Shown here piece after piece: positions 30,656-43,337 of a stretch of 64,000 nt of DNA. How positions within the stretch are numbered: the stretch's first letter is position 1; every line of letters starts with the position of its first letter. The position numbers and the translations under genes were made by a program. Source of the stretch: Gammaproteobacteria bacterium HGW-Gammaproteobacteria-1 (GTDB lineage: Bacteria; Pseudomonadota; Gammaproteobacteria; Thiohalomonadales; Thiohalomonadaceae); assembly GCA_002840095.1 (NCBI GenBank), contig PGZL01000008.1, positions 389,790-453,789 of the forward strand, in the 5' to 3' direction. The notes under the pieces were generated by a model. The model was given only the letters and a program-made list of their open reading frames with translations, was not told where the DNA came from and ran no database searches.

Positions 30656-33600
30656 GTGGCCGTGAACGACAGACAGAGCATGCTCGGCGGGCTGTACAGC
30701 CCCGCCTTCGAAAAGGACAACTGCGGCTTCGGCCTGATTGCCCATATGGACGGCGCCGCCAGCCACTGGCTGGTGGACACCGCTATTGGTGCGCTGGGGC
30801 GCATGACCCATCGCGGCGCCATCGCCGCCGACGGCAAGACCGGCGACGGTTGCGGCCTGTTGATGAAGAAGCCGGACGCGTTCATGCGCGCGGTGGCGGC
30901 CGAACTGAAGTTCACGCTGGCCGACAACTATGCCGTGGGCATGGTGTTCCTCAACCAGGATGCCGCGCTGGCCGCCAAGGCGCGCAAGCAGCTGGAGCAG
31001 GACATGGCCGCGGAAGGCCTGCTGGTGGCCGGCTGGCGCGTGGTGCCGACCAATGCCGACGCCTGCGGCGCCGAGGCGCTGAAGACCCTGCCGCGCATCG
31101 AACAGATCTTCGTCAGCGCCCCCGCGGGCATGGACGAGGCGGCGCTGGAGCGTCACCTTTATATAGCGCGCCGCCGCACCGAGAAGGCCATCGAGGCCGG
31201 CGACCCGGCGTTCTACGTGCCCAGCCTGTCCAGCCGCGTGGTTTCCTATAAAGGACTGGTGATGCCGTCCTACCTGGCGGCCTTCTATACCGATTTGAAC
31301 GACGAGCGCCTGGCCTCCGCGCTGTGCGTGTTTCACCAGCGCTTCTCCACCAACACCTGGCCGCAGTGGCGCCTGGCGCAGCCTTTCCGCTATCTCGCCC
31401 ACAACGGCGAGATCAACACCGTGCAGGGCAACCGCTACTGGTCGGTGGCGCGCGGCCACAAGTTCGAGACGCCGCTGATCCCCAACATGGACGACGTGCG
31501 CCCGCTGGTGTCCATGACCGGCTCCGACTCCAACAGCCTCGACAACATGCTGGAAGCGCTGCTTGCCGGTGGCATGGACATCTTCCGCGCCATGCGCCTG
31601 CTGGTGCCGCCCGCCTGGCAGAACGTGGAGACCATGGATCCGGATCTGCGTGCCTTCTACGAATACAACTCCATGCACATGGAGCCGTGGGACGGCCCGG
31701 CGGGCATCGTGCTCACCGATGGCCGCCACGCCGCCTGCACCCTGGATCGCAACGGCCTGCGCCCGGCGCGCTGGGTGATCACCCGCGGCAACGGTACGGC
31801 GACTCCGGAGGAGGGCGACTATCGCGGCTGCATCATCACCCTCGCCTCGGAAATCGGCGTGTTCGACTACACCCCCGACGACGTCATCGCCAAGGGCCGT
31901 CTCAAGCCCGGCCAGATGCTGGCGGTGGACACCATCGCCTGCAAGCTGCTGCTGCCGCAGGACGTGGACACCATGCTCAAGGGCCGCCAGCCCTACAAGC
32001 AGTGGATGTCCGCGCACGTCAAGCGCCTGGAATCCGAGCTGAACGAGGCCGCCTCCGGTTCGGAGCTGGAGCGCGATGCGCTCGACGTGCACCAGAAGAT
32101 GTTCCAGGTGAGCTTCGAGGAGCGCGACCAGGTGCTGCGCCCGCTGGCCGAGGCCGGCCAGGAAGCCATCGGCTCCATGGGCGACGACACGCCGATGGCG
32201 GTGCTGTCCACCCGCGTGCGCTCGCTGTACGACTACTTCCGCCAGCAGTTCGCCCAGGTCACCAATCCGCCCATCGATCCGCTGCGCGAAGCCATCGTCA
32301 TGTCGCTGGAGACCTGCTTCGGCCGCGAGAAGAACCTGTTCGAGGAAACCCCGCAACACGCGGCGCGCCTGCTGGTGGATTCGCCGGTGCTGTCGCGCGG
32401 CAAGTTCGCCCGCCTGCTGGCCCTGGACAGCGCCGACTGCGCCCACGTGCGCATCGATCTGAACTATGCCAAGGGTGGCGAGCTGAAGGCCGCCATCACC
32501 GCGGTGTGCGACAGCGCCGTGGCCGCGGTGAAGTCCGGCAAGGTCGTCATCGTGTTGTCCGATCGTGCCCTCGGCGAAGACACGCTGCCGATCCACGCCC
32601 TGCTCGCCACCGGCGCCGTGCACCATCGCCTGATCAAGGAAGGCCTGCGCTGCGACGCCAACATCGTGGTGGAGACCGGCACCGCGCGCGACCCGCATCA
32701 TTTCGCCGTGCTCATCGGGTTCGGCGCCACCGCCGTGTATCCGTACCTGGCCTACGAAGTGCTGCACGATCTGGTGCGCAGCAACGAAATCAGCGGCAAG
32801 GATCCGGTCAAGTTGATGGAGTCCTACCGCAAGGGCATCAACAAGGGTCTGTACAAGATCATCTCCAAGATGGGCATTTCCACCATCGCCAGCTACCGCG
32901 GTTCGCAGCTGTTCGAATCGGTGGGCCTGCACGAGGACGTGGTGGAGCTGTGCTTCAAGGGCACCACCAACCGCCTGTCCGGTTCGCACTTTGCCGATCT
33001 GGAAGACGATCAGCGGTTGCTGGCGAAGGAAGCGTGGAATCCGCGCAAGACCATCCAGCAGGGCGGCCTGCTCAAGTACCTGCACAACGGCGAGTACCAC
33101 GCCTACAACCCGGACGTGGTGCAGACCCTGCACAAGGCCGTACGCAGCGGCGATTACGCCGACTATCTGGAATACGCCAGGCTGGTGAATGAGCGTCCGG
33201 TGGCGATGCTGCGCGACATGCTCAAGGTGCGCGGCGATCTCAAGCCCATTGCCATCGACGAGGTGGAATCGGAAGAGGCCATCATGCGGCGCTTCGATTC
33301 CGCCGGCATGTCCCTGGGCGCATTGTCGCCCGAGGCGCACGAGGCACTGGCCACGGCCATGAACCGCCTCGGCGGCCGCTCCAACTCCGGTGAAGGCGGC
33401 GAAGACCCGGCGCGCTACGGCACCGAGAGGATGTCGAAGATCAAGCAGGTGGCCTCCGGCCGCTTCGGCGTCACCCCGCACTACCTGGTCAATGCCGAAG
33501 TGCTGCAGATCAAGGTGGCCCAGGGCGCCAAGCCCGGCGAGGGCGGCCAGCTGCCCGGCGACAAGGTGGACAAGCTGATCGCCAAGTTGCGCTATGCCAT

Positions 33601-35167
33601 GCCCGGCGTGGCGCTGATTTCGCCGCCGCCGCATCACGACATCTATTCCATCGAGGATCTGGCGCAGCTGATCTTCGATCTGAAGCAGGTCAATCCGCAG
33701 GCGCTGGTGTCGGTGAAGCTGGTGGCCGAGGCCGGCGTCGGCACCATCGCCGCCGGTGTGGCCAAGGCCTACGCCGACCTGATCACCATTTCCGGTTACG
33801 ACGGCGGCACCGGCGCCAGCCCGCTGGCCTCGGTGAAGTACGCCGGCTCGCCGTGGGAACTGGGCATGACCGAGACCCACCAGATCCTGCGCGCCAACGA
33901 CCTGCGCGACAAGGTGCGGGTGCAGACCGACGGCGGCCTCAAGACCGGCCTCGACGTGGTCAAGGCGGCGATGCTGGGCGCCGAGAGCTTCGGCTTCGGC
34001 ACCGGCCCGATGGTGGCGCTGGGCTGCAAGTTCCTGCGCATCTGCCACCTGAACAACTGCGCCACCGGCGTCGCCACCCAGGACAAGGTGCTGCGCATGG
34101 AGCACTTCATCGGCCTGCCCGAGATGGTGATGAACTACTTCAAGTTCATCGCGCGCGAGACGCGCGAGTGGATGGCGAAGCTGGGCGTGCGTTCCATGGA
34201 AGAGCTCATCGGCCGCACCGACCTGCTGGAGATCATGCAGGGCGCCACCGCCAAGCAGCAGCGCCTCAACCTCACGCCGCTGCTGTCCGACGGCGGCGTG
34301 CCGGCCGACAAGCCGCGCTTCTGCACCGCGCCGAAGAACGAGCCCTTCGACAAGGGCGAGCTGGCCGAGCAGATGGTGCGCGACTGCCTGGGCGCCATCG
34401 AAGGCAAGAAGGGCGGCGAGTTCCATTACGCGGTGAAGAACGTGAACCGTTCCATCGGTGCGCGCCTGTCCGGCGAAATCGCCCGCCGTTACGGCAACCA
34501 GGGCATGGGCGATACGCCCATCACCCTGCGCCTCACCGGCACCGCCGGCCAGAGCTTCGGCGTGTGGAACGCCGGCGGCCTGCACATGGTGCTGGAAGGC
34601 GACGCCAACGATTACGTCGGCAAGGGCATGGCCGGCGGCCGCCTGGTGATCCATCCGCCCAAGGGCAGCCGCTTCCACAGCCAGGAGACCAGCATCATCG
34701 GCAACACCTGCCTGTACGGCGCCACCGGCGGCACGCTGTACGCCGCGGGCCTCGCCGGCGAGCGTTTCGCCGTGCGCAACTCCGGCGCCCATGCGGTGGT
34801 GGAAGGCGTCGGCGATCACGGCTGCGAATACATGACCGGCGGCGTGGTGATGGTGCTGGGCCAGACCGGCCTCAACTTCGGCGCCGGCATGACCGGCGGC
34901 TTCGCCTACGTGCTGGACCTGGATAACGGTTTCGTCGATCGCTACAACCACGAGCTCATCGACATCCACCGCGTCGGCACCGAGAAGACCGAAGCGCACC
35001 GCGCCCACCTGCGCCAGATGCTCGAGGCCTTCGTGGCCGAGACCGGCAGCGCCTGGGGCCGTCACATCCTGGATCACTTCGCCGACATGGTGGGCAAGTT
35101 CTGGCTGGTGAAGCCCAAGGCCTCGGAGATCGACAGCCTGCTCGAAACGCTGTTGAGCGCCGCCTAA
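30656..35167 (+). CDS. gltB: Glutamate synthase (NADPH) large subunit
   Basis: 1503 aa. Ntn-amidotransferase start ...[13 protein letters not shown], followed by the FMN/3Fe-4S central domains and the C-terminal GXGXG domain. GTG at 30656; an ATG at 30680 is also possible. Confidence 0.95.
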   Translation: MAVNDRQSMLGGLYSPAFEKDNCGFGLIAHMDGAASHWLVDTAIGALGRMTHRGAIAADGKTGDGCGLLMKKPDAFMRAVAAELKFTLADNYAVGMVFLNQDAALAAKARKQLEQDMAAEGLLVAGWRVVPTNADACGAEALKTLPRIEQIFVSAPAGMDEAALERHLYIARRRTEKAIEAGDPAFYVPSLSSRVVSYKGLVMPSYLAAFYTDLNDERLASALCVFHQRFSTNTWPQWRLAQPFRYLAHNGEINTVQGNRYWSVARGHKFETPLIPNMDDVRPLVSMTGSDSNSLDNMLEALLAGGMDIFRAMRLLVPPAWQNVETMDPDLRAFYEYNSMHMEPWDGPAGIVLTDGRHAACTLDRNGLRPARWVITRGNGTATPEEGDYRGCIITLASEIGVFDYTPDDVIAKGRLKPGQMLAVDTIACKLLLPQDVDTMLKGRQPYKQWMSAHVKRLESELNEAASGSELERDALDVHQKMFQVSFEERDQVLRPLAEAGQEAIGSMGDDTPMAVLSTRVRSLYDYFRQQFAQVTNPPIDPLREAIVMSLETCFGREKNLFEETPQHAARLLVDSPVLSRGKFARLLALDSADCAHVRIDLNYAKGGELKAAITAVCDSAVAAVKSGKVVIVLSDRALGEDTLPIHALLATGAVHHRLIKEGLRCDANIVVETGTARDPHHFAVLIGFGATAVYPYLAYEVLHDLVRSNEISGKDPVKLMESYRKGINKGLYKIISKMGISTIASYRGSQLFESVGLHEDVVELCFKGTTNRLSGSHFADLEDDQRLLAKEAWNPRKTIQQGGLLKYLHNGEYHAYNPDVVQTLHKAVRSGDYADYLEYARLVNERPVAMLRDMLKVRGDLKPIAIDEVESEEAIMRRFDSAGMSLGALSPEAHEALATAMNRLGGRSNSGEGGEDPARYGTERMSKIKQVASGRFGVTPHYLVNAEVLQIKVAQGAKPGEGGQLPGDKVDKLIAKLRYAMPGVALISPPPHHDIYSIEDLAQLIFDLKQVNPQALVSVKLVAEAGVGTIAAGVAKAYADLITISGYDGGTGASPLASVKYAGSPWELGMTETHQILRANDLRDKVRVQTDGGLKTGLDVVKAAMLGAESFGFGTGPMVALGCKFLRICHLNNCATGVATQDKVLRMEHFIGLPEMVMNYFKFIARETREWMAKLGVRSMEELIGRTDLLEIMQGATAKQQRLNLTPLLSDGGVPADKPRFCTAPKNEPFDKGELAEQMVRDCLGAIEGKKGGEFHYAVKNVNRSIGARLSGEIARRYGNQGMGDTPITLRLTGTAGQSFGVWNAGGLHMVLEGDANDYVGKGMAGGRLVIHPPKGSRFHSQETSIIGNTCLYGATGGTLYAAGLAGERFAVRNSGAHAVVEGVGDHGCEYMTGGVVMVLGQTGLNFGAGMTGGFAYVLDLDNGFVDRYNHELIDIHRVGTEKTEAHRAHLRQMLEAFVAETGSAWGRHILDHFADMVGKFWLVKPKASEIDSLLETLLSAA

Positions 35168-36598
<1,431 letters not shown>

Positions 36599-36609
36599 TT
36601 AAAACCGTC

Positions 36610-36709
36610 GCGGAGACGCAGAGACGCAGAGAAAATTATTGCGACACGATCGCGGCAATCGCCGTGATGGTTGCCAAGCGATAACCCTCTGCGTCTCCGC
36701 GTCTCTGCG
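36610..36709. repeat. Hairpin, ACGCAGAG-type arms (gltD-hemE intergenic)
   Basis: CGCGGAGACGCAGAGACGCAGAGAA ... CCTCTGCGTCTCCGCGTCTCTGCG. Confidence 0.8.
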
Positions 36710-36726
36710 ACAGAGGGTTTTCGTTG

Positions 36727-37791
36727 ATGGCTGAACTGAAGAACGATCGTTTCCTGCGCGCCCTGCTCAAGCAGCCGGTGGACGTGACCCCGGTGTGGAT
36801 GATGCGCCAGGCCGGACGCTATCTGCCGGAGTACCGCGCCACCCGCACCAAGGCCGGCAGCTTCATGGACCTGTGCAAGAATCCTGAGCTGGCCTGCGAG
36901 GTCACCATCCAGCCGCTGGAGCGTTTTCCCCTCGACGCCGCCATCCTGTTTTCCGACATCCTCACCGTGCCCGACGCCATGGGCCTGGGCCTGCGCTTCG
37001 CCGAAGGCGAGGGGCCGATCTTCGATCGCCCGGTACGCACGGCGGCCGACGTGGACAAGCTGTTCGTGCCGGACCCGGAGGGCGAGCTGAAGTACGTGAT
37101 GGATGCGGTACGCACCATTCGCCGCGAGCTGGACGGGCGCGTGCCGCTGATCGGTTTCTCCGGCAGTCCGTGGACCCTGGCCACCTACATGGTGGAAGGC
37201 GGCTCCTCCAAGGAGTTTGCCCAGGTGAAGGGCATGCTGTACGACCGCCCCGACCTGATGCACAAGCTGCTCGAGGTGACCGCGCAGGCGGTGACGCAGT
37301 ATCTCAACGCCCAGGTGGACGCCGGCGCCCAGGCGCTGATGATCTTCGACACCTGGGGCGGCGCGCTCACCCCGCGCGACTACCAGGAATTCTCCCTGCG
37401 CTACATGGCGCAGATCATCGCCGGCCTCAAGCGCGAGGCCGACGGCCGCAAGGTGCCGGTGGTGCTGTTCACCAAGGGCGGCGGCCAGTGGCTGGAGCCC
37501 ATGGCCGAGGCCGGTGCCGACGCCCTGGGCCTGGACTGGACCGTGGACATCGGTGCGGCGCGGGCGCGGGTCGGCGCCAAGGTCGCCCTGCAGGGCAATA
37601 TGGATCCGTGCGTGCTGTACGCTTCGCCGGAACGCATCCGCAGCGAAGTGGCCGCCATACTCGCCGCCTACGGCCAGGGCTCCGGCCATGTGTTCAACCT
37701 GGGCCACGGTATCCACCAGCATGTGAACCCGGAGCACGCCGCAGCCTTTGTGGAGGCAGTGCACCAGTTGAGTGCACCCTACCACCAGTAA
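36727..37791 (+). CDS. hemE: Uroporphyrinogen decarboxylase
   Basis: The [37 protein letters not shown] signature. Confidence 0.95.
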   Translation: MAELKNDRFLRALLKQPVDVTPVWMMRQAGRYLPEYRATRTKAGSFMDLCKNPELACEVTIQPLERFPLDAAILFSDILTVPDAMGLGLRFAEGEGPIFDRPVRTAADVDKLFVPDPEGELKYVMDAVRTIRRELDGRVPLIGFSGSPWTLATYMVEGGSSKEFAQVKGMLYDRPDLMHKLLEVTAQAVTQYLNAQVDAGAQALMIFDTWGGALTPRDYQEFSLRYMAQIIAGLKREADGRKVPVVLFTKGGGQWLEPMAEAGADALGLDWTVDIGAARARVGAKVALQGNMDPCVLYASPERIRSEVAAILAAYGQGSGHVFNLGHGIHQHVNPEHAAAFVEAVHQLSAPYHQ

Positions 37792-37846
37792 AGTCGGCAT
37801 GCCGTGCGCAATGCGTCCTGGCCGGATTCTCTCCCTCTTAAACCAC

Positions 37847-37876
37847 AAAAAAAGCCCGGTATTTCCGGGCTTTTTT
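37847..37876. terminator. Bidirectional intrinsic terminator after hemE
   Basis: AAAAAAA-GCCCGG-tattt-CCGGGC-TTTTTT. Confidence 0.75.
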
Positions 37877-37895
37877 ATGGTTTAGCATATGGGCA

Positions 37896-37923
37896 GGTAC
37901 TAATAATATTGCTTAATAGTACC
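37896..37923. promoter_or_regulatory. AT-rich inverted repeat (operator-like) upstream of gene 37968
   Basis: GGTACTAATAA-tattgc-TTAATAGTACC, inside the only strongly AT-rich intergenic stretch of the window. Confidence 0.35.
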
Positions 37924-37967
37924 ACTGGCTTTAGTGTTAAGCAGTTCACATAAATGGAGGCGCAGAC

Positions 37968-38369
37968 ATGCGGATGATTACGGCGGGGCAACTGTTGTTG
38001 TTGCTGGCCGGCATCGGGATGATGACCGTTTCCCATGGCGCGGATGACGACTACCTCAAGGCGCTGAAGGAGGAGACCCAGGCGCTGACCGGGGGTGGAG
38101 CGGCCCCTGCCGCGGCCGCCCCGGCTCCGGCGGAGGCAACCAAGCCGCAGCCGGCCTGGTCGGCGGCGGGACAGGGACTGGGCGAGGGGCTGCCGCCCGA
38201 TCTGTCGCACGAACAGTTTGAGGCGGCGCTCAAGAGCAGCTACTTCGGTACGTTCATGTTTTACGCAAAACTGAACGCCACGGACAAGGCGGCTGTCTAT
38301 CAGGCCTACAAGGAAGACGGGCAGATTGCTCATATTCGAGAGAAGACGACCAGCCTGCTGAAGCGCTGA
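37968..38369 (+). CDS. Small secreted protein, unknown function
   Basis: Signal-like N-terminus (MRMITAGQLLLLLAGIGMMTVSHGA), an Ala/Pro linker and a conserved-looking C-terminal helix. A GGAGG SD is present. The upstream region is AT-rich. Confidence 0.5.
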   Translation: MRMITAGQLLLLLAGIGMMTVSHGADDDYLKALKEETQALTGGGAAPAAAAPAPAEATKPQPAWSAAGQGLGEGLPPDLSHEQFEAALKSSYFGTFMFYAKLNATDKAAVYQAYKEDGQIAHIREKTTSLLKR

Positions 38370-38394
38370 CGGCAGGCGGATCCACTGGGGGAAG

Positions 38395-39156
38395 ATGATG
38401 AAACAGATGCGACGGGTTTTCGGTGTGTGCGCCGCGGTGCTGGCCGGCGGTGTATGGGTGGGTGCCGCGCAGGCACTGGATGTGAAAATTACCGAAAGCC
38501 GCGAAACGGTGACGGTGCAGCACCACGGCAAGCCGTACGTGATCCAGCGCGAGCAGGATCCGGCGCACGTGGTTGACGCCGCCTGGGGCAAGACCTCGCG
38601 CAAGTGCCCTCCCTTCTGTCTGCAGCCCAACGTGCCGCTGCCCGGCGTACATGCGGTGGGCGAGCTGGAGGTGCTGGACTTCATGGAGAAGAAGGTGAAC
38701 ACCGGCCAGGGCCTGCTGATCGATTCGCGCCTGCCGTCCTGGTACATGTCGGGGACCATACCCGGCTCGATCAACATTCCCTTCACGGTGTTCGGTGAAA
38801 TCCCCACCGCGGCGGACGTGGAAAAGGCCTTCAAGCTGCTGGGCGTGGAGCGCCGTCCCAACGTGGGCGGGCTGCGCCGTTCGCTGGAGCGGCAGTTCGC
38901 TGCCTGGGACCTGTTCGACGCGCGCTACAAGACGGCCTACTGGGATTTCACCAACGCCAAGGAAGTCGTGCTGTGGTGTAACGGCCCCTGGTGCGGTCAG
39001 TCGCCGCGCGCCATCAAGAACCTGGTGAAGCTGGGCTATCCGCTGGAGCGCATCCACTACTATCGCGGCGGCATGCAGATGTGGAAGGTGCTGGGCCTGC
39101 CCAGCGTGGTGCCGGAACCGAATACGGTGATGTTCGAGGTGAGCGGCGGCGAGTAG
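38395..39156 (+). CDS. Periplasmic rhodanese-like domain protein
   Basis: Signal peptide ...GGVWVGAAQA. Rhodanese core (LLIDSRLPSWYMSGTIPGSINIP) with loop WCNGPWCGQS. Confidence 0.7.
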   Translation: MMKQMRRVFGVCAAVLAGGVWVGAAQALDVKITESRETVTVQHHGKPYVIQREQDPAHVVDAAWGKTSRKCPPFCLQPNVPLPGVHAVGELEVLDFMEKKVNTGQGLLIDSRLPSWYMSGTIPGSINIPFTVFGEIPTAADVEKAFKLLGVERRPNVGGLRRSLERQFAAWDLFDARYKTAYWDFTNAKEVVLWCNGPWCGQSPRAIKNLVKLGYPLERIHYYRGGMQMWKVLGLPSVVPEPNTVMFEVSGGE

Positions 39157-39177
39157 ACGCTGCTGCCGTCACGGCAA

Positions 39178-39212
39178 ACGACCAAGGCCGGGGCAACCCG
39201 GCCTTGGTCGTT
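39178..39212 (+). terminator. Perfect 15-bp hairpin after the periplasmic rhodanese gene (no U-tract)
   Basis: ACGACCAAGGCCGGG-gcaa-CCCGGCCTTGGTCGT. Confidence 0.45.
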
Positions 39213-39237
39213 CTGGAGGGCAGGTAATACGCGGGCG

Positions 39238-39369
39238 GTGAGCGCTGCGAGTTCATTCACTTGTATCTACAGGTGAACAAAGACGCAGGGTGCGCACCGC
39301 GCACCAACAACGCGGGTCGGAAAAAGCAAAAGGCAAAATCCAACGCAGAGGCGCAGAGGCCGCAAAGAA
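39238..39369. repeat. Cluster of truncated repeat fragments
   Basis: Half core plus TACAAG arm (GAGCGCTGCGAGTTCATTCACTTGTATCT), a half REP (GCAGGGTGCGCACCGCGCACC) and a half ACGCAGAG arm (CCAACGCAGAGGCGCAGAGGCCGCAAAG). Confidence 0.6.
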
Positions 39370-39543
39370 AGGCAGGTGTTGCAGGGACCCTGTTTATCGG
39401 GCGATGACCGCCTGTCAGGCAATGCCGGCCTTGGCGTGGTGCAGATGCAGGACCCGCTCCGGGGGCGAACGATTCGCCGAGAGGACTCGGCTCCTTGTAT
39501 CTTGCAACTGGTATCTGCGTTGTTCGCCCGCGGAGCCGGGCTC

Positions 39544-39951
39544 CTACTGAATGACGAAGTCGGTGAAGTACAGGGCTTCCAGGCCTTCCCGCTTCAGGCC
39601 GGCGTGGGTTTCCAGCACGCCGCGCAGTTCCTCCAGCGCCTGCTGCCGTACCTGTTCGCGCACCTGCACGTCATACATGTTGTCCACGGTCTGTGCCGAC
39701 AGCAGCGTGATCAGGGTGTGGCGCACCGGGCCGGTGTGGGCCTGCAGCGCCGCCAGCACGGCGGGGTCGCGGCTCATGGCCTGCACCCGGACCTGCATGA
39801 AGCGCACCTTGCCGGCGCTGTTGAGGTTGACCACGATGGCCGGTTCCAGGGCCAGGTAGGGGCTGGCACCGGCGCTGCCGCCGCCGGAGGCGGCGATCGC
39901 CGGGGCACTAAGGACGTTGCACAGCAGGAGGGCGGCGAGCAGTCGTTTCAT
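39544..39951 (-). CDS. FliL-family (flagellar basal-body-associated-like) protein, orphan
   Basis: Signal/anchor followed by the FliL pattern (YLALEPAIVVNL...RFMQVRVQAM...VRHTLITLLS...LYFTDFVIQ). No flagellar genes are nearby. Confidence 0.6.
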   Translation of the reverse strand: MKRLLAALLLCNVLSAPAIAASGGGSAGASPYLALEPAIVVNLNSAGKVRFMQVRVQAMSRDPAVLAALQAHTGPVRHTLITLLSAQTVDNMYDVQVREQVRQQALEELRGVLETHAGLKREGLEALYFTDFVIQ

Positions 39952-40028
39952 CGTAGGGCAATCGGGTGGGTTAGGGCGGATATCATGCCATGGTGTTAGA
40001 ACAGGGGCTAGGCTGAAAACCTTAACCT

Positions 40029-40158
40029 GTCCGCAAATGAACGCAAATATTCATCATGTGACAAGGGATGGTCGGTTCACTTGGCGGGTGACGCGTTGCG
40101 GCTGCTCCGGCCTCGAGCCTGCCGATTTATTTGCGTCCATTCGCGTTCATTCGCGGAC
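40029..40158. repeat. Long hairpin, CGCAAAT-type arms
   Basis: GTCCGCAAATGAACGCAAAT ... ATTTGCGTCCATTCGCGTTCATTCGCGGAC. Confidence 0.8.
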
Positions 40159-40206
40159 CCGATTGCCGTTAGCCGCCCGATACCGCTGCGCTCTATCGGG
40201 CCTACG

Positions 40207-40308
40207 CCCTAGGGGCTAGGGAATGTGCTCGCTTCGCTCGATTTTTTTAGAACAGTTGTGCGCGCAGCGCACTCCTCCCCTAGCCCCTCATCCCTAGTCC
40301 CTAGCCCC
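40207..40308. repeat. Palindromic element with CCCTAG-type arms and the same conserved core (reverse orientation); overlaps the xerC 3' end
   Basis: CCCTAGGGGCTAGGG, then core (reverse complement GGAGTGCGCTGCGCGCAC...GAGCGAAGCGAG), then CCCCTAGCCCCTCATCCCTAGTCCCTAGCCCC. The xerC stop TAG at 40294-40296 lies in the arm. Confidence 0.8.
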
Positions 40309-41208
40309 TTTCTTCTTCGCCCGCGGGTGCGCCGCGTCGTAGACCTTGGCCAGGTGTTGGAAGTCGAGGTGGGTGTAGATCTGGGTGGTGGCGATGTTGG
40401 CGTGGCCGAGCAGCTCCTGCACCGCGCGCAGGTCACCGCTGGATTCCAGCATGTGGCTGGCGAAGGAGTGGCGCAGCATGTGCGGATGCACCGGCACGGC
40501 GAGGCCCTGGGCCAGGGCGCGGCGGCGCATGTGATCCTGCACGGTACGGCCGGCGATGCGCTTGCCGCTGCGGCCGAGAAACAGGGCGGAAGTCGCCGCC
40601 GCGCCGGATTGCAGATGGCGCCGTTGCAGCCAGGCGTGCAGGGCGGCGAGGGCCTTGCGGCCGACGGGCAGGACGCGGGTCTTGGCGCCCTTGCCGGTGA
40701 CGCGCACCGTGGCGTCGTTCATGTCCACGTCGGTGCAGTCGAGCCCGACCAGCTCCGCCAGGCGCAGGCCGGAGGAATACATCAGCTCCATGATGGCGCG
40801 GTCGCGCACGGCGGCGTCGTCGTCGCCGGGGATTTCCAGCAGGCGCGCCGTCTGATCCACGTCCAGGGTCTGCGGCAGCTTGCGCGGACTTTTCGGCGCC
40901 GGGATGTCCTGCGCCGGGTTGTGTCCGGCGACGCCCTCGCGCAGCAGGAAGTTGAAAAAGCTGCGGATGGCGGAGAGTTCCCGCTGCAGGCTGCTGCCGC
41001 CGATACCGGTGCGGTGGCGCCAGGCCACGTAGGCGCGCACCTGCGGCGCACTCAGCGCCGTCCAGTCGGCGATGCCCTGACGGTCGCAGAAATCGCACAG
41101 GTGGCGCAGGTCGCGCAGGTAGTTGTCGAGGGTGTGGGGCGAAAGACGGCGTTCGTGGCGCAGATGCTGCGCGTAGCGCTCGACCCAGTCCAGCGCCGCC
41201 GTCTCCAT
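40294..41208 (-). CDS. xerC: Tyrosine recombinase XerC
   Basis: R...HxxR...Y catalytic pattern (ELMYSSGLRLAEL, HMLRHSFASHML, LGHANIATTQIYTH), in the conserved dapF-DUF484-xerC context. Confidence 0.9.
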   Translation of the reverse strand: METAALDWVERYAQHLRHERRLSPHTLDNYLRDLRHLCDFCDRQGIADWTALSAPQVRAYVAWRHRTGIGGSSLQRELSAIRSFFNFLLREGVAGHNPAQDIPAPKSPRKLPQTLDVDQTARLLEIPGDDDAAVRDRAIMELMYSSGLRLAELVGLDCTDVDMNDATVRVTGKGAKTRVLPVGRKALAALHAWLQRRHLQSGAAATSALFLGRSGKRIAGRTVQDHMRRRALAQGLAVPVHPHMLRHSFASHMLESSGDLRAVQELLGHANIATTQIYTHLDFQHLAKVYDAAHPRAKKKGARD

Positions 41209-41212
41209 GGCG

Positions 41213-41881
41213 TCAGGCCGTGAAGTCCTTGCCGAGCAGGCGCGCCAGCACGGCGCCCAGGTAGCGCAGGAAGGTGGTGCCCATCTCGGCGTGGAAACGG
41301 CGCGGATCGATGCTGCCGATGCCGATCAGGCCGATGCACTGCCGGCTGTCCGGCGCGAACATCGGTATGACGGCGCCGGAGGCCAGTTCGTCCGCCGCCT
41401 TGCCGAACAGGAACTGCGCCTGCGCCGTCGCGATGTGGCCGCACACCGGTTCGCCGCGTTCGATGATTTTGTCGAACAGCTGGCGACTTTTGTCGCTGTC
41501 GGCGTCGAAGCGCTTCAGTTCCACCGCGTCGGCATGGAAATCCTCGCGCAGGCCCTCGCGCAACCGGCGCAGCAGCTCCCCGCTGCCGCGGGTTTCCATC
41601 AGGCCGAGGATCAGGTGTTCGATGCGTTCCAGCAGGTGTTCGTTGTCGCGCGCGGTCTGGGTCAGGTGTTGCAGCTTGCGCTTCAGCTCCTGGCGCTGTT
41701 CGCGCAGCACCGCCACCTGGCGCTCGATGAGCGACACGGCGCCGCGGGCGTCATGGGGCAGTTCCAGGTCGGTCAGCAGATAGTCGTGGCGCAGAAAGAA
41801 GTCGGGCTGGCGGCGCAGGTAGTCGGCGACGGCCGCCTCGCTCAGTTCGGTTTCCTTCGCTTCGAGTGGTTGTGTACTCAC
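41213..41881 (-). CDS. DUF484 (YigA-like) GAF-type protein
   Basis: GTG at 41881 overlaps the dapF stop (GTGA). The motif [13 protein letters not shown] and conserved position between dapF and xerC support the call. Confidence 0.8.
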   Translation of the reverse strand: MSTQPLEAKETELSEAAVADYLRRQPDFFLRHDYLLTDLELPHDARGAVSLIERQVAVLREQRQELKRKLQHLTQTARDNEHLLERIEHLILGLMETRGSGELLRRLREGLREDFHADAVELKRFDADSDKSRQLFDKIIERGEPVCGHIATAQAQFLFGKAADELASGAVIPMFAPDSRQCIGLIGIGSIDPRRFHAEMGTTFLRYLGAVLARLLGKDFTA

Positions 41882-42708
41882 AAATCGATCTCCCCCTGAA
41901 AAACCCGTGTCGCCGGTCCCGTCATCCACAGCGGTGCGTCGCCGCCGTCCCAGCGTATGGTAAGACTGCCCCCCGGCAGGTCGACGCGCACTTCCTCATC
42001 CAGTTCGCCCCAGCGCCTGCCCACCGCCACCGCCGCGCACGCTCCGGTGCCGCAGGCCAGGGTCTCGCCGGCGCCGCGCTCATACACGCGCAGGCGGATG
42101 TGGCCGCGATCGACGATCTCCATGAAGCCGACGTTGACCCGGCGCGGAAAGCGCGGATGCGACTCCAGTTGCGGGCCGAGCCGTGCCACCTCCGCCGTGG
42201 CCACGTCCTCGACGCGCAGCACCGCATGGGGGTTGCCCATGGATACCGCGCCGATGGTGAGCGGTTCGCGGCCGATCTCCAGCGGATACTTGTCCGCCTC
42301 GACCTCGGCGGTGAAGGGGATCTGCGCCGGGTCGAAGCGGGGCGCGCCCATGTTGACGCGGATCTCGCCGTCGGCTTCCACGTACAGGGTGATCACCCCG
42401 GAGGCGGTTTCCACCACGATGGCGTCCTTGTCCGTCAGCCCCTCGTCGCGCACGAAGCGGGCGAAGCAGCGCGCGCCGTTGCCGCACTGTTCCACCTCGC
42501 CGCCGTCGGCGTTGAAGATGCGGTAGCGGAAGTCGACGCCGGTCTGGCCGGGCTTTTCCACCAGCAGCAATTGATCGCAGCCGACGCCGAAGCGGCGGTC
42601 GGCGAGAAAGCGTACCTGTTCGGTGCCGAGGCGGATGTCGCGGCGAAAGGCGTCGATGACCACGAAGTCATTGCCCAGGCCGTGCATTTTGACGAAGGAA
42701 AGGTGCAT
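41878..42708 (-). CDS. dapF: Diaminopimelate epimerase
   Basis: [28 protein letters not shown] and [16 protein letters not shown], carrying both catalytic Cys residues. Confidence 0.95.
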   Translation of the reverse strand: MHLSFVKMHGLGNDFVVIDAFRRDIRLGTEQVRFLADRRFGVGCDQLLLVEKPGQTGVDFRYRIFNADGGEVEQCGNGARCFARFVRDEGLTDKDAIVVETASGVITLYVEADGEIRVNMGAPRFDPAQIPFTAEVEADKYPLEIGREPLTIGAVSMGNPHAVLRVEDVATAEVARLGPQLESHPRFPRRVNVGFMEIVDRGHIRLRVYERGAGETLACGTGACAAVAVGRRWGELDEEVRVDLPGGSLTIRWDGGDAPLWMTGPATRVFQGEIDL

Positions 42709-42725
42709 GGGGAGTCAGGTTACCC

Positions 42726-43169
42726 CTAGTCACCGGCCTTGAAAAGGGCGCTGTCGCAGGCCAGGTAGTCGCGGTAGATGCAGCGGTCCATCACCACCCA
42801 GATACCGGCGGCCCGGGCGCGCAATGCAGCCGCCTCGTTGACCACACCATCCTGCAGCCACAGCGCCGGAATCTTCAGTTCGATGCAGGCGTCGACGATC
42901 TCGTCCACGTGTTCCGGTGCGCGGAACACGTCGACCAGATCGACCGGGCCGGGCAGGGCGTGGAGGTCGGGTACGGCGCGCTCGCCCAGCACTTCATCCA
43001 GCGCCGGCCGCACCGGCACGATGCGGTAACCGAACTGTTGCAGGGCCTGCGCCACGCAGTAACTGGGGCGGCTGGGCTTGGGCGACAGGCCGACCACGGC
43101 GATGGTGCGCAGCCGGCGCAGGCGCTGGCAGATATCTTCCCAGGACGGATTTGTGAAATGATCATTCAT
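42726..43169 (-). CDS. CoA-binding domain protein (YccU-like)
   Basis: ATG at 43169. IAVVGLSPKPSRPSY...GYRIVPVRP matches the typical CoA-binding Rossmann fold. Confidence 0.75.
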   Translation of the reverse strand: MNDHFTNPSWEDICQRLRRLRTIAVVGLSPKPSRPSYCVAQALQQFGYRIVPVRPALDEVLGERAVPDLHALPGPVDLVDVFRAPEHVDEIVDACIELKIPALWLQDGVVNEAAALRARAAGIWVVMDRCIYRDYLACDSALFKAGD

Positions 43170-43186
43170 CCAAAATACCCCCGCTG

Positions 43187-43318
43187 CTCTCGCCAAGACG
43201 CCAAGTGCGCCAAGAAAAACAGGGCAGTACGCCCGCAAGGCCGATACACCGATCGGTGTGCACGAGAGCCGGCAGCCGGATTTCCCGCCTTCTCTGCGCC
43301 TTGGCGTCTTGGCGAGAG
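43187..43318. repeat. Hairpin, CGCCAAGA-type arms
   Basis: CTCTCGCCAAGACGCCAAGTGCGCCAAGAA ... TTCTCTGCGCCTTGGCGTCTTGGCGAGAG. Confidence 0.8.
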
Positions 43319-43337
43319 TTCATTGGCCGTTTTACGC

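Noticed and set aside
30653-35077. Very long antisense ORFs. Examples are the 1474-aa ORF opposite gltB, 6830-9079 opposite the molybdoenzyme gene, 28295-30454, 56759-58741, 59530-61344 and 46586-47644.
   Set aside because: These are typical high-GC shadow ORFs. Their translations are Arg/Ala/Gly/His-rich low-complexity sequences with no motifs, whereas the opposite strand encodes proteins with unmistakable family signatures.
40294-41208. The tyrosine recombinase as a marker of an integrated mobile element.
   Set aside because: It sits in the conserved chromosomal lysA-dapF-DUF484-xerC block and has XerC-type motifs. There are no att-like repeats or phage genes nearby.
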